Positions 1 through 7,641 of a DNA stretch of 23,372 nt are shown in pieces (the first letter of the stretch is position 1; every line of letters starts with the position of its first letter). The position numbers were made by a program, and so were the translations under genes. This DNA is from Silvanigrellaceae bacterium. Lineage in GTDB: Bacteria > Bdellovibrionota_B > Oligoflexia > Silvanigrellales > Silvanigrellaceae. Below the pieces are notes generated by a model, which saw only the letters and a program-made list of their open reading frames with translations, was not told the DNA's origin and searched no databases. Where the stretch lies: the NCBI GenBank assembly GCA_049423385.1, contig JBMSQQ010000058.1, forward strand, positions 1 to 23,372. The letters run 5' to 3'.

Positions 1-962
1 GGACGCCCTATCCACCTGCTTAGAAAATAGGAAGCATATACCTTGAAGGCATTCGGGCCTGCGGCATCCAGATGGTAATTGAAAAAAGGTTCATAGCTTT
101 CGCCTGCCATCTCGCTTCCCGAGAATGAGCGACGAATTTCACACTCGCCTTCCTTGAAGTAGGCACTCACGCGCGATTCAAGCAGAATGACCGCTTCTTG
201 TTGCTTGACGTCCCAAACTTCGCAGTACTGGGCGTCGCCATCGATGGCGACTGCAAGGTTGGCCGGCAGAGTCCAGGGAGTTGTGGTCCAGACCAACAAG
301 CTTTTGCCTGCGAACTTGCCTTTCAATCGCGCCCTGATTGTCACGGACGGATCCTGAATGTCGCGATAATCAAGACTGGCTTCAAAATTGGAAAGGGTCG
401 AGCCGAGAGCCGAAGAATAGCTCATCACATATCGACCTTCGTAAACGAGTCCCTTGTCCCACAACTGCTTGAAGACAGCCCACACACTCTCCATGAACGA
501 CTTGTCCATGGTGCGGTATTCGTTGTCCATGTCGACCCAACGTCCCAACCGGCGCATGTAGTTGCGCCATTCGGAGGTGTATCGCAACACAGACTCACGA
601 CAAGCTTCATTGAATTTTGCAACGCCCAGCTTTTCTATTTCGGGCCGACCGTTCAGGCCCAGCTCTTTCTGAATGAGCATTTCAACCGGCAAACCGTGGC
701 AATCCCAACCAAACCGGCGCTCAACCTTGTAACCCTTCATCGTGAAATAACGCGGGAACGCATCCTTGATGCTCGAGGGAACAAAGTGGCCAAAGTGCGG
801 CAACCCCGTGGCAAACGGAGGACCATCGTAAAAGTTGTATTTTTTGTCGTGTGGACGTTCGTCGATGCTTCTTTGAAAGGTTTTTTCTCGATCCCACTTC
901 TCGGCGACAGCCTTTTCCATGGAGGGGAAGTGGATGGATTTTTCCGGACGCTCAACGCGCAT
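1..962 (-). CDS. ileS: Isoleucine--tRNA ligase, type 2 (N-terminal part; runs off the window's left edge)
   Basis: Hand translation of the minus strand from ATG at 962: MRVERPEKSIHFPSMEKAVAEKWDREKTF...FYDGPPFATGLPHFGH...RRFGWDCHGLPVE...RLGRWVDMDNEYRTMD...LSNFEA...WTTTPWTLPAN. These are IleRS signature motifs. It is missing from the ORF track because no stop codon lies inside the window. Confidence 0.96.
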   Translation of the reverse strand, partial: MRVERPEKSIHFPSMEKAVAEKWDREKTFQRSIDERPHDKKYNFYDGPPFATGLPHFGHFVPSSIKDAFPRYFTMKGYKVERRFGWDCHGLPVEMLIQKELGLNGRPEIEKLGVAKFNEACRESVLRYTSEWRNYMRRLGRWVDMDNEYRTMDKSFMESVWAVFKQLWDKGLVYEGRYVMSYSSALGSTLSNFEASLDYRDIQDPSVTIRARLKGKFAGKSLLVWTTTPWTLPANLAVAIDGDAQYCEVWDVKQQEAVILLESRVSAYFKEGECEIRRSFSGSEMAGESYEPFFNYHLDAAGPNAFKVYASYFLSRWIGR

Positions 963-1198
963 GTGCGAACCTCTTTGAACCGGTGGAGACTGAACCAGAT
1001 TGCAGCCTTCTAGCACGGCTTTTAACCTGCTTGCCACCGACACAAGCCGGAGTTTTGGGGCTAAACTTGTCGAATGACAAAACTTTGAACTTGCCCGTCT
1101 CCCCGGCTGCCATGGATTGCAGTAATGTTGGGAACATGGCACGTGGCGGGGCGCTTGAACCTCCCAAGGGAGTGCCTCAACAACGAAGGGTGGCGGTC

Positions 1199-1489
1199 AT
1201 GGTGAAAAGTGAGCTGATTGAAGTTTTGGCCTCGAAAGCTGACATTACGACAACTCAATCGGAAGAAGCTGTAAATCTGTTTTTCCAATCAATCATCGAC
1301 TCCCTGACTACCGATGGTCGGGTTGAGATTCGAGGTTTTGGAGCGTTCACTGTCCGCAAATACAAATCCTACGACGGTCGCAATCCAAAAACGGGCGAAA
1401 AAATCGAAGTCCCAGAGAAGAAATTGCCATTCTGGAAGACGGGTCTCGAACTTCGCCAGCGCGTTGATGGCCTTGGAGTTGAGGGTTGA
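1199..1489 (+). CDS. ihfB: Integration host factor beta-like / HU-IHF family DNA-binding protein
   Basis: MVKSELIEVL...GRVEIRGFGAF...GRNPKTGEKIEVPEKKLPFWKTGLELRQRV matches the IHF-beta pattern. The true start is ATG 1199, inside track ORF 851..1489. Confidence 0.85.
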   Translation: MVKSELIEVLASKADITTTQSEEAVNLFFQSIIDSLTTDGRVEIRGFGAFTVRKYKSYDGRNPKTGEKIEVPEKKLPFWKTGLELRQRVDGLGVEG

Positions 1490-1570
1490 TTCAAGATCCG
1501 TAAATTCGCTGACCACCCACGATTTTGGCGAATAACACCCGCAAGCGGGAAACTTCGCAAGCGGAACAAC

Positions 1571-1607
1571 GAAAAAACCCCGGAGTCTGGTGCTCCGGGG
1601 TTTTTTC
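1571..1607. terminator. Bidirectional intrinsic terminator between convergent ihfB and rpsT
   Basis: Perfect 15-bp inverted repeat GAAAAAACCCCGGAG-(TCTGGTG)-CTCCGGGGTTTTTTC, giving a U-tract on both strands. Confidence 0.9.
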
Positions 1608-1639
1608 TTGCCAAAGACAATCAGTGGGCTGTGGGCAAA

Positions 1640-1915
1640 TTACTTCGCCACGCCCTTGGCCTTCTTGACTTGTGCCGACAAACGGCTGATGCGGCGAGCC
1701 ATGTTGTTTGCATGGATTACGCCCTTGCGGCGAGTCACTGCGATAACCGACTGGGTTTCGCGGAACAGCTCGTCGAGCTTGTCGAGTTGCTTGCTCTCGA
1801 TGGCATCGCGCAACTTGCGGATGGTGGTTTTCATTGTGCTCATAACCTGACGGTTGCGCTGGTTACGAACGATGGTTTGGCGTGCGCGCTTTTCAGCGGA
1901 CTTGTGGGTAGCCAT
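1640..1915 (-). CDS. rpsT: 30S ribosomal protein S20
   Basis: MATHKSAEKRARQTIVRNQRNR...MKTTIRK...KGVIHANNMARRISRL is the S20 pattern. ATG at 1915 with GGAG upstream. Confidence 0.97.
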   Translation of the reverse strand: MATHKSAEKRARQTIVRNQRNRQVMSTMKTTIRKLRDAIESKQLDKLDELFRETQSVIAVTRRKGVIHANNMARRISRLSAQVKKAKGVAK

Positions 1916-2049
1916 GGAAAACTCCAAATGGGAGTGGCTGTGCAAACTCAACGGCCACCGAAGGACAGACACTCACTGGTTTGAACCAGACCTTCGGGAC
2001 CACCCACCGCATTGCTCTGGAAAACGCGGCGGAAAATCGAAAACTTAAA

Positions 2050-2298
2050 TTAGCCCAGGGTGACCTTGGTCTTTTTGAGCAGGTTTGCAACTGCGTCGGA
2101 AGGACGTGCGCCCACTTTGTACCAGTGGTTCATGCGCTCGGCTTCCAGCGAGATGACTGATGGCTCGGTCATGGGATTGTAGTAGCCAACGCGCTCGATG
2201 AAGCGGCCGTTGCGGGCATTGCGAGAATCGGTGACAACCACCTGAAAGAATGGGCTGTTTTTGCTACCGTGACGTTGCATACGGAATTTCAGTGCCAT
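2050..2298 (-). CDS. rpsP: 30S ribosomal protein S16
   Basis: MALKFRMQRHGSKNSPFFQVVVTDSRNARNGRFIERVGYYNP...WYKVGARPSDAV is the S16 pattern. ATG at 2298. Confidence 0.97.
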   Translation of the reverse strand: MALKFRMQRHGSKNSPFFQVVVTDSRNARNGRFIERVGYYNPMTEPSVISLEAERMNHWYKVGARPSDAVANLLKKTKVTLG

Positions 2299-2441
2299 GG
2301 AAATGATCCTTCTCTTGAGTGGGAAAAAGCGGCCCACCTGCCCGGCGTTTTGTGAGTTCTGGAAAAACATCAACAATTTGAATGCTTTTCTCTCGGACTC
2401 TGGAACGCGTTACCAGTCAACCCCGCCTGCGCGGAAAAAGC

Positions 2442-2470
2442 GGCTTACCGCTCGAATTTGCCTCTGTCAA
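2442..2470 (-). promoter_or_regulatory. Putative sigma70 promoter for rpsP(-rpsT)
   Basis: Minus strand reads TTGACA-17 bp-TAAGCC upstream of rpsP. The -35 is perfect and the -10 is imperfect. Confidence 0.45.
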
Positions 2471-2599
2471 TCTCGAAGACGTTGGCAGCCCAACGACCCC
2501 TCCCCAGGTGTATAATTCAGGGGACAGGCGGAAATCGAATCTCCGAATTTCTGCTGCTCTTCAAGGCAAAAACAACTCCTGACACGGAGGTTGACGGCG

Positions 2600-3973
2600 A
2601 TGCGACAGAACAGATTCCAGTCGGCCGTTCTATTGACCCCGGAAGATGGCCTTGCCTCGGAATGCCAGGCGACCCTCAAGAGCTTTGGTTTGAAGAAGAT
2701 GACTCTAGTGACAGAGTTCGGCGAACTGTTGAAGGAGCTCATCGAGCACCCCTTCGACATCATTCTCATCGACTTCGATTGCCTGACCGGCGCAGACAAG
2801 GTTGGCATCGTCAAACGCCTGCAATCCTCTCAAAACCACAAACAGGGAATCTGCGTTGCGCTGGCGCACATCGGCTCTTCCGAAGAATTCTCCGAAATCA
2901 AGGAACAAGGATTTGCATCAGTGCTGATAAAACCAATCAGCATCGGGATGATGGAACAGGCGCTCATCGAAGTGATCGAGCGACAACGCACTCAGCCCAT
3001 CGATCGTGAATCGCTGCTCAAGGTTCACAATTTGTTTTTGAGCGGCCAAACATTTGAAGCTGAGCGAATCCTGAGCATCTGGCTTGAAAAGGAACCCGAG
3101 TCGCCGGAAGGCCTCACACTGCTGGCCCTGCATCAGCTCAAAAAACAGGAATTTCATCGGGCAAAAAAAACCATTCAAACTGTGCTCAATCTCGAACCGG
3201 ACTATTTGCCGGCACTGCACATCAAAACCCGGCTTTCATTGCGCCTCGGACAATTGGATGAAGCATTTGATGCTCTCAGGCAGGAAGAAAAAGTTATTGC
3301 GTTCATTGATGCAAAAAGAGCAGAGAGCCTGGTACACACCAACACCAAAAAAGAGTTGGCCGCCCTTGCCTTCTGCAAGCAATTCTCCACCCGAGAAGGC
3401 ATCACCGCCCTGCTGATCAACCTGGCATTGCAGTTGAGCAAGACGGGCAAAGCCGATGATTCACTCAAACTTTATGCCCGCGCACTTGGGCCCCTTGAGG
3501 ATGAAAATTCCAGATTTTTTGTATTGTTCAATCGCGGCAGGTTGATGCTGAACTCTCGGCTTGGCGAAGAAGCAAAGCGCGACCTGCTGGAAGCGCTGAA
3601 ACTTGCGCCCGAGGAACTCCAGGGGAAAATCACCGAACTTCTGCAGATGTGCAACACTGCTGCGGTCACGTCCGAAGCAAACGCTCCCCGCAAGGCAAAA
3701 GCCCTGCGCTCGGGAGCGATGGCTGTTCAAGACATTCTGAACATGGGCGAAATCCCACGAGCAAAACCCGCTTACAAACCCTTCAACAAAGAAGAAGTGC
3801 TGCAACTCGTGTTTCTCGGAAAAATGCAGGAATCCACGGTTCCACCCGAAAGCATCAACGATTGGCTGCAAATCAAAAAACAACTCCTGCACATCCTGTT
3901 TCTCGAGGAATTGCCCCTGATGGAAGAACCTCAAATGCAAGCTGAAGGCTCAAGCGCACAGGAATCAACATGA
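2600..3973 (+). CDS. Atypical receiver (CheY-like) domain + TPR repeat protein
   Basis: The N-terminus has PFDIILIDFD and GFASVLIKP (receiver beta3 Asp and KP). It is followed by TPR-like repeats (EAERIL...PESPEGLTLLA; EPDYLPALHIK; FFVLFNRGRL). GGAGG at 2586-2590 favours ATG 2600 over TTG 2591. Confidence 0.75.
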   Translation: MRQNRFQSAVLLTPEDGLASECQATLKSFGLKKMTLVTEFGELLKELIEHPFDIILIDFDCLTGADKVGIVKRLQSSQNHKQGICVALAHIGSSEEFSEIKEQGFASVLIKPISIGMMEQALIEVIERQRTQPIDRESLLKVHNLFLSGQTFEAERILSIWLEKEPESPEGLTLLALHQLKKQEFHRAKKTIQTVLNLEPDYLPALHIKTRLSLRLGQLDEAFDALRQEEKVIAFIDAKRAESLVHTNTKKELAALAFCKQFSTREGITALLINLALQLSKTGKADDSLKLYARALGPLEDENSRFFVLFNRGRLMLNSRLGEEAKRDLLEALKLAPEELQGKITELLQMCNTAAVTSEANAPRKAKALRSGAMAVQDILNMGEIPRAKPAYKPFNKEEVLQLVFLGKMQESTVPPESINDWLQIKKQLLHILFLEELPLMEEPQMQAEGSSAQEST

Positions 3974-5115
3974 AAGAACCATTACACATCAATGGAAATG
4001 GCCTCAAAGAATTTTTCCTCGACCTGCGCTCAATGCGCTTCACAGGTGAAGCAAAATTTCATTGCCCTGATTGCACAAAATCGGTTTTTGTCCAAAGTGG
4101 CGAGATTACCCATTGCAACTCCACTCTCCTTGACGATCGCCTGGGTGACGTCATCTATCGGGAGGGAAAAATCACCCTCGACCTGCTGGTTGAGTTGGCA
4201 GGAAAGGTGAGTGAGAAGTCGCGGTTTGGAGACCTTCTTATCCAGAACGATGTTTTCAATCTGGTCGAACTTTGGGATGCACTCAACAGTCAATCCAAAG
4301 CCATTCTCCAATCGCTGGTGTTCCAGGAGCTTCTACAGGTTGAACTCGAGGACTCTGAAAAACTCAAAACACCTGACTTTGGTCTGAGGTTTCGCTGGGA
4401 CGAGGCAATCAATGAAGCCCTCGAAGAACTTCGGGTTGTCAGAAGATTCGAACGTGCCGCGAGAAAATCGCCTGCACTGACCATCGATGAAAGATACCGT
4501 TCATTGGCCAACACAGACTTCCTCAAGGACATTCTGAGCCTCGTGGAGGAGCACAATGACTTTGATGTTGTGGTTGATCAGAAAAGCCCACTGTCCAAAA
4601 ACTATACAGTCCGGGCCATCTTCCAGATGTACTCAAAGGGCGTGATTACAGACACTTGGGATATATTCTCTCAAGATCTCCTCAAACCGGCCGAAAACGA
4701 GTTGCAAGAGGTGGTGAACTCCTCGAGCCGAATCTTCCTGATGATGGAAGAAGTCGCGGATGGGAAAATGGTCAATGGATGGGACGCTGCAGTGAGAAGA
4801 GCGCTTCGGATCCTCGAAAGAGAATTTGGTCCCGGAGTCCACTTGATTCCCAAACAGGGATTTTCCGTTCAACATCTTCAAAAAGCCATTGCCTTGAATA
4901 GACATCTCAAGACCCGTGCATTGCTGACGCAGGAACATCGTTGGCCGTTGTCGGTTGTTGCACTCATTCAGGAGGGGCTTCACAAAGCACTTCTTTATCT
5001 GTTGTTTGAAATTTCGAACGTACGTGGAATGGAGGAGGATGCCAAAAAAATACATGCAGAATTGGTGAATACTCGTGGTTCTTATTTCTCAAGAGTTGCC
5101 GAAGCCATTTCCTAA
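3970..5115 (+). CDS. DUF4388/PATAN-like domain protein with MshEN-like motif
   Basis: N-terminal FTGEAKF...KSVFVQSGEITHCNS...DRLGDVIYREGKIT...RFGDLLIQ pattern is typical of deltaproteobacterial DUF4388 proteins. ATGA overlap with the upstream gene. Confidence 0.7.
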   Translation: MKEPLHINGNGLKEFFLDLRSMRFTGEAKFHCPDCTKSVFVQSGEITHCNSTLLDDRLGDVIYREGKITLDLLVELAGKVSEKSRFGDLLIQNDVFNLVELWDALNSQSKAILQSLVFQELLQVELEDSEKLKTPDFGLRFRWDEAINEALEELRVVRRFERAARKSPALTIDERYRSLANTDFLKDILSLVEEHNDFDVVVDQKSPLSKNYTVRAIFQMYSKGVITDTWDIFSQDLLKPAENELQEVVNSSSRIFLMMEEVADGKMVNGWDAAVRRALRILEREFGPGVHLIPKQGFSVQHLQKAIALNRHLKTRALLTQEHRWPLSVVALIQEGLHKALLYLLFEISNVRGMEEDAKKIHAELVNTRGSYFSRVAEAIS

Positions 5116-5127
5116 AAGGAGACGATC

Positions 5128-5451
5128 ATGGCAAATCAAGTTGCGGCTCATGGATTCACACTGACACAAGCTTTACGCGAATGCTGCGAAGGAGAATCAA
5201 CAGAGAAGTTGATGCCCCTGGCGCTGCATAATTTTGGGAGCCGCTGGGCATTGTCTCTCGAAGGCAACGAGCATGTTGCACACCTGACGTGGAATGACGG
5301 ACCATTTCATGGTGACGTTACAATGAAATCCGACGACATGTACCACAGCATCCATGGAGCAACGAAACGTGCCATGGAGCAGATGAAAAAGGCGCACAGC
5401 AAACGCTACGACCACCACAAACCAGTGAAGGGCGTGGCTCAAGCCAGCTGA
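5128..5451 (+). CDS. HPF/RaiA family ribosome-associated protein (short, divergent)
   Basis: HGFTLTQALRE...EKL and KSDDMYHSIHGATKRAMEQMKK resemble the S30EA/HPF motifs LTxALR and DMYxAID. AAAGGAG RBS. Confidence 0.7.
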   Translation: MANQVAAHGFTLTQALRECCEGESTEKLMPLALHNFGSRWALSLEGNEHVAHLTWNDGPFHGDVTMKSDDMYHSIHGATKRAMEQMKKAHSKRYDHHKPVKGVAQAS

Positions 5452-5472
5452 TGCCAAAATGTAAACGACAAA

Positions 5473-5509
5473 GCCCGGTCAGGCTCGCCTTCGACCGGGC
5501 CATTTTTTT
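5473..5509 (+). terminator. Putative intrinsic terminator after the hpf-like gene
   Basis: GCCCGGTC...GACCGGGC stem with inner AGGC/GCCT, followed by CA and T7. It overlaps the last codons of the convergent subtilase gene. Confidence 0.6.
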
Positions 5510-7641
5510 ACTACCCGAATCAATTTGAACAGAAGGAATCCCAGCAAAAGCACAACAGGCAGGCTGGTGGCTGCCTCGATCGATTTGAGTGGGTGAGTGG
5601 CAGCAAGACTCGAGACGACACAACCTGAGGTCACTTGATTTGTATCGCCAGCCTCGATCGCAGCGCTGGCCTGACTGACAAATTCGCGAGCCTTCGCTGG
5701 ATCTGTGAGCGCGTAGAGCGAATAGACGGCACTCAGCATTCCACTCCCCAGCATGAACACCTTGGAATCCTTGTATGGTGCAAATGCAAAATCCTGATTG
5801 GCAAGACTGCCATCAGCGAGTCTCCCGTAAAGCAAATCAAAATTTGCATAGGTGATTAGAATGGAACGAATGTCCCTGGCTGTCAGTCCGCCGCTGACGG
5901 CTTTGACAACCGCGGCCAGTCCGGCGACGTGCGGCGAAGCCTGACTCGTGCCACTCTTGGTGTCGGTTGAATTAAATTTTGATTCGGCATTTCCGCCAGG
6001 GACAATCGAACGAATGTTCGAGCCTGGCGCACAAATGTCGACCCAATCACCAAAATTGCTGAAACGGCTCTTCAACCTGCGACCGCGGACTTCATTTTCT
6101 CCTTGCTTCGGATCACTGCTGCCTGTGGGTTCTGTCGTTCTGCCGTCTCCATCTCCAACGTCGTGGCTTGTTGAGCAGACTGCAACCACGTCGCGATATG
6201 CAGCAGGAAACATCGGAATTTCCACATTCTGGTTGCCAGCTGCAGCGACCAGCAGAACATCGTTTGCAATCAGGCGACGAGCCGTGAAAGACAACGCACG
6301 ACTGGAAAAATACTTGCCGATACTTAAATTGACCACATTGGTCACAAGAAGATCGGGTCGCCCTGGAACCGTAAGATCAAGTATGTAGCCAAGCGCTTGA
6401 AGCTGGGAAATATCTGAAATGCCACCATCCATTTCAATCTGGGAATTGGGATCAAACGGCACCGTTTCTCCAAACCTGGGGCACAGCATCGCCTTGCTGG
6501 CATCTTCCACACCCTTTGGTGCGACGCATCGCTTGGCGGCCCGGATTGGCAAAATCTTGCAATTGATCGGACACACACCCACAAAACCCGAAGCAGCCGG
6601 ACCGCCTCCGGCAACAATTCCGGCGACGTGCGTTCCGTGCCCACAATTCGAGGATCCAACTCCCGAACCCTGGGCACACGCAACTCCTGGACCACCGACG
6701 TCATTTGAACCTGGAATTACCGCCGGGCCAAGATCGGCGGAACCCTTCGGAATACTCGCGTCCACTCCAATAAAATCGTCAACCCATCCGTTCCCATCGT
6801 CGTCGACCTGGGGCTTGCCACCTGCAGCCGGGTCCTCGGCAACATTTCGATACAATCGATTTTCAAGTGCCATGCCGGGCGAGTCGTAAATGTTGTCGAC
6901 GCCGGTATCAATCACTGCAACAACGGCGGTGTTTCCCTTGCGCATGGCAGGCACCAATTGATCTGCACCAATCAAAGAGGTGTTCCACTGCTTTTCGAAA
7001 CGAACTGCAAGTTCGTCCTTGTTGGTGGAGGTGTCCTGCTGAACCTGGCTCTCGAGATTGGGTTCAGCAAATTCGACTCCAGCCACAGACTCGAGGCTGC
7101 TCCAGAACCAATTCAACAAAAAACCGTTCTTTTCGTCCGCACTGCCGAAATTGGAGATTCTATTTTTCCATGTTGTGCTTCCCATCAGAACACTTTGCAA
7201 ACCAGGCAGTCCGCCCTTGAACCGAACCTCGGCAAAGCCAAACAGTTCGGCAGGACCCGCACCCGAAGACAACGACCTCTCGAAATTTAGAATTGGAACC
7301 ACGTGGCTGACCAGTTGCCTTGAAAATTCAAATGCGAACAGTTTGCGATCGATGGAAAGGTCGTCACGATAAACCGCAAGAGCGAGTCCTTCGGCAACTG
7401 CGCCTGTCAACATCACTCGGGATTTCAGATCTTGACGCTCCCTGAGCAAGCCAACAATCCAGGATTCGCCATCCCAAATCTTTTTCCATTGGGGATAATT
7501 CTGTTGGGTTGGCCAGGTGACTCCGGAAACCTTCTGATCCACCTCATACTGTGCTTTGCGGTCGCCGCAGCCCAGCAACAAAATCAAAACCAATGATGCT
7601 TCAAAAAGCCTGCGCATCGTTTTCATTCCGAAAAATATCAT
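5479..7641 (-). CDS. S8 family (subtilase) serine peptidase, putative lipoprotein with C-terminal sorting/TM tail
   Basis: Triad motifs VAVIDTG, HGTHVAG and GTSQASP, plus oxyanion AAGN. Lipobox LLGC; C-terminal SGC...TM...RRRA. Start placed at ATG 7641 (TGATG overlap, GGAG 6 nt upstream); ATG 7626 or 7617 are alternatives. Confidence 0.92.
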   Translation of the reverse strand: MIFFGMKTMRRLFEASLVLILLLGCGDRKAQYEVDQKVSGVTWPTQQNYPQWKKIWDGESWIVGLLRERQDLKSRVMLTGAVAEGLALAVYRDDLSIDRKLFAFEFSRQLVSHVVPILNFERSLSSGAGPAELFGFAEVRFKGGLPGLQSVLMGSTTWKNRISNFGSADEKNGFLLNWFWSSLESVAGVEFAEPNLESQVQQDTSTNKDELAVRFEKQWNTSLIGADQLVPAMRKGNTAVVAVIDTGVDNIYDSPGMALENRLYRNVAEDPAAGGKPQVDDDGNGWVDDFIGVDASIPKGSADLGPAVIPGSNDVGGPGVACAQGSGVGSSNCGHGTHVAGIVAGGGPAASGFVGVCPINCKILPIRAAKRCVAPKGVEDASKAMLCPRFGETVPFDPNSQIEMDGGISDISQLQALGYILDLTVPGRPDLLVTNVVNLSIGKYFSSRALSFTARRLIANDVLLVAAAGNQNVEIPMFPAAYRDVVAVCSTSHDVGDGDGRTTEPTGSSDPKQGENEVRGRRLKSRFSNFGDWVDICAPGSNIRSIVPGGNAESKFNSTDTKSGTSQASPHVAGLAAVVKAVSGGLTARDIRSILITYANFDLLYGRLADGSLANQDFAFAPYKDSKVFMLGSGMLSAVYSLYALTDPAKAREFVSQASAAIEAGDTNQVTSGCVVSSLAATHPLKSIEAATSLPVVLLLGFLLFKLIRVVKKWPGRRRA

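Noticed and set aside
198..1013. 271-aa plus-strand ORF
   Set aside because: It is the antisense shadow of ileS, which has unambiguous motifs on the minus strand.
851..1198. N-terminal extension of the IHF-like ORF (212 aa in the track)
   Set aside because: It overlaps the ileS start and the divergent promoter region. Family homology begins at Met 1199.
2458..3009. 183-aa alternative-frame ORF
   Set aside because: It overlaps the REC-TPR gene in another frame and has no recognisable motifs.
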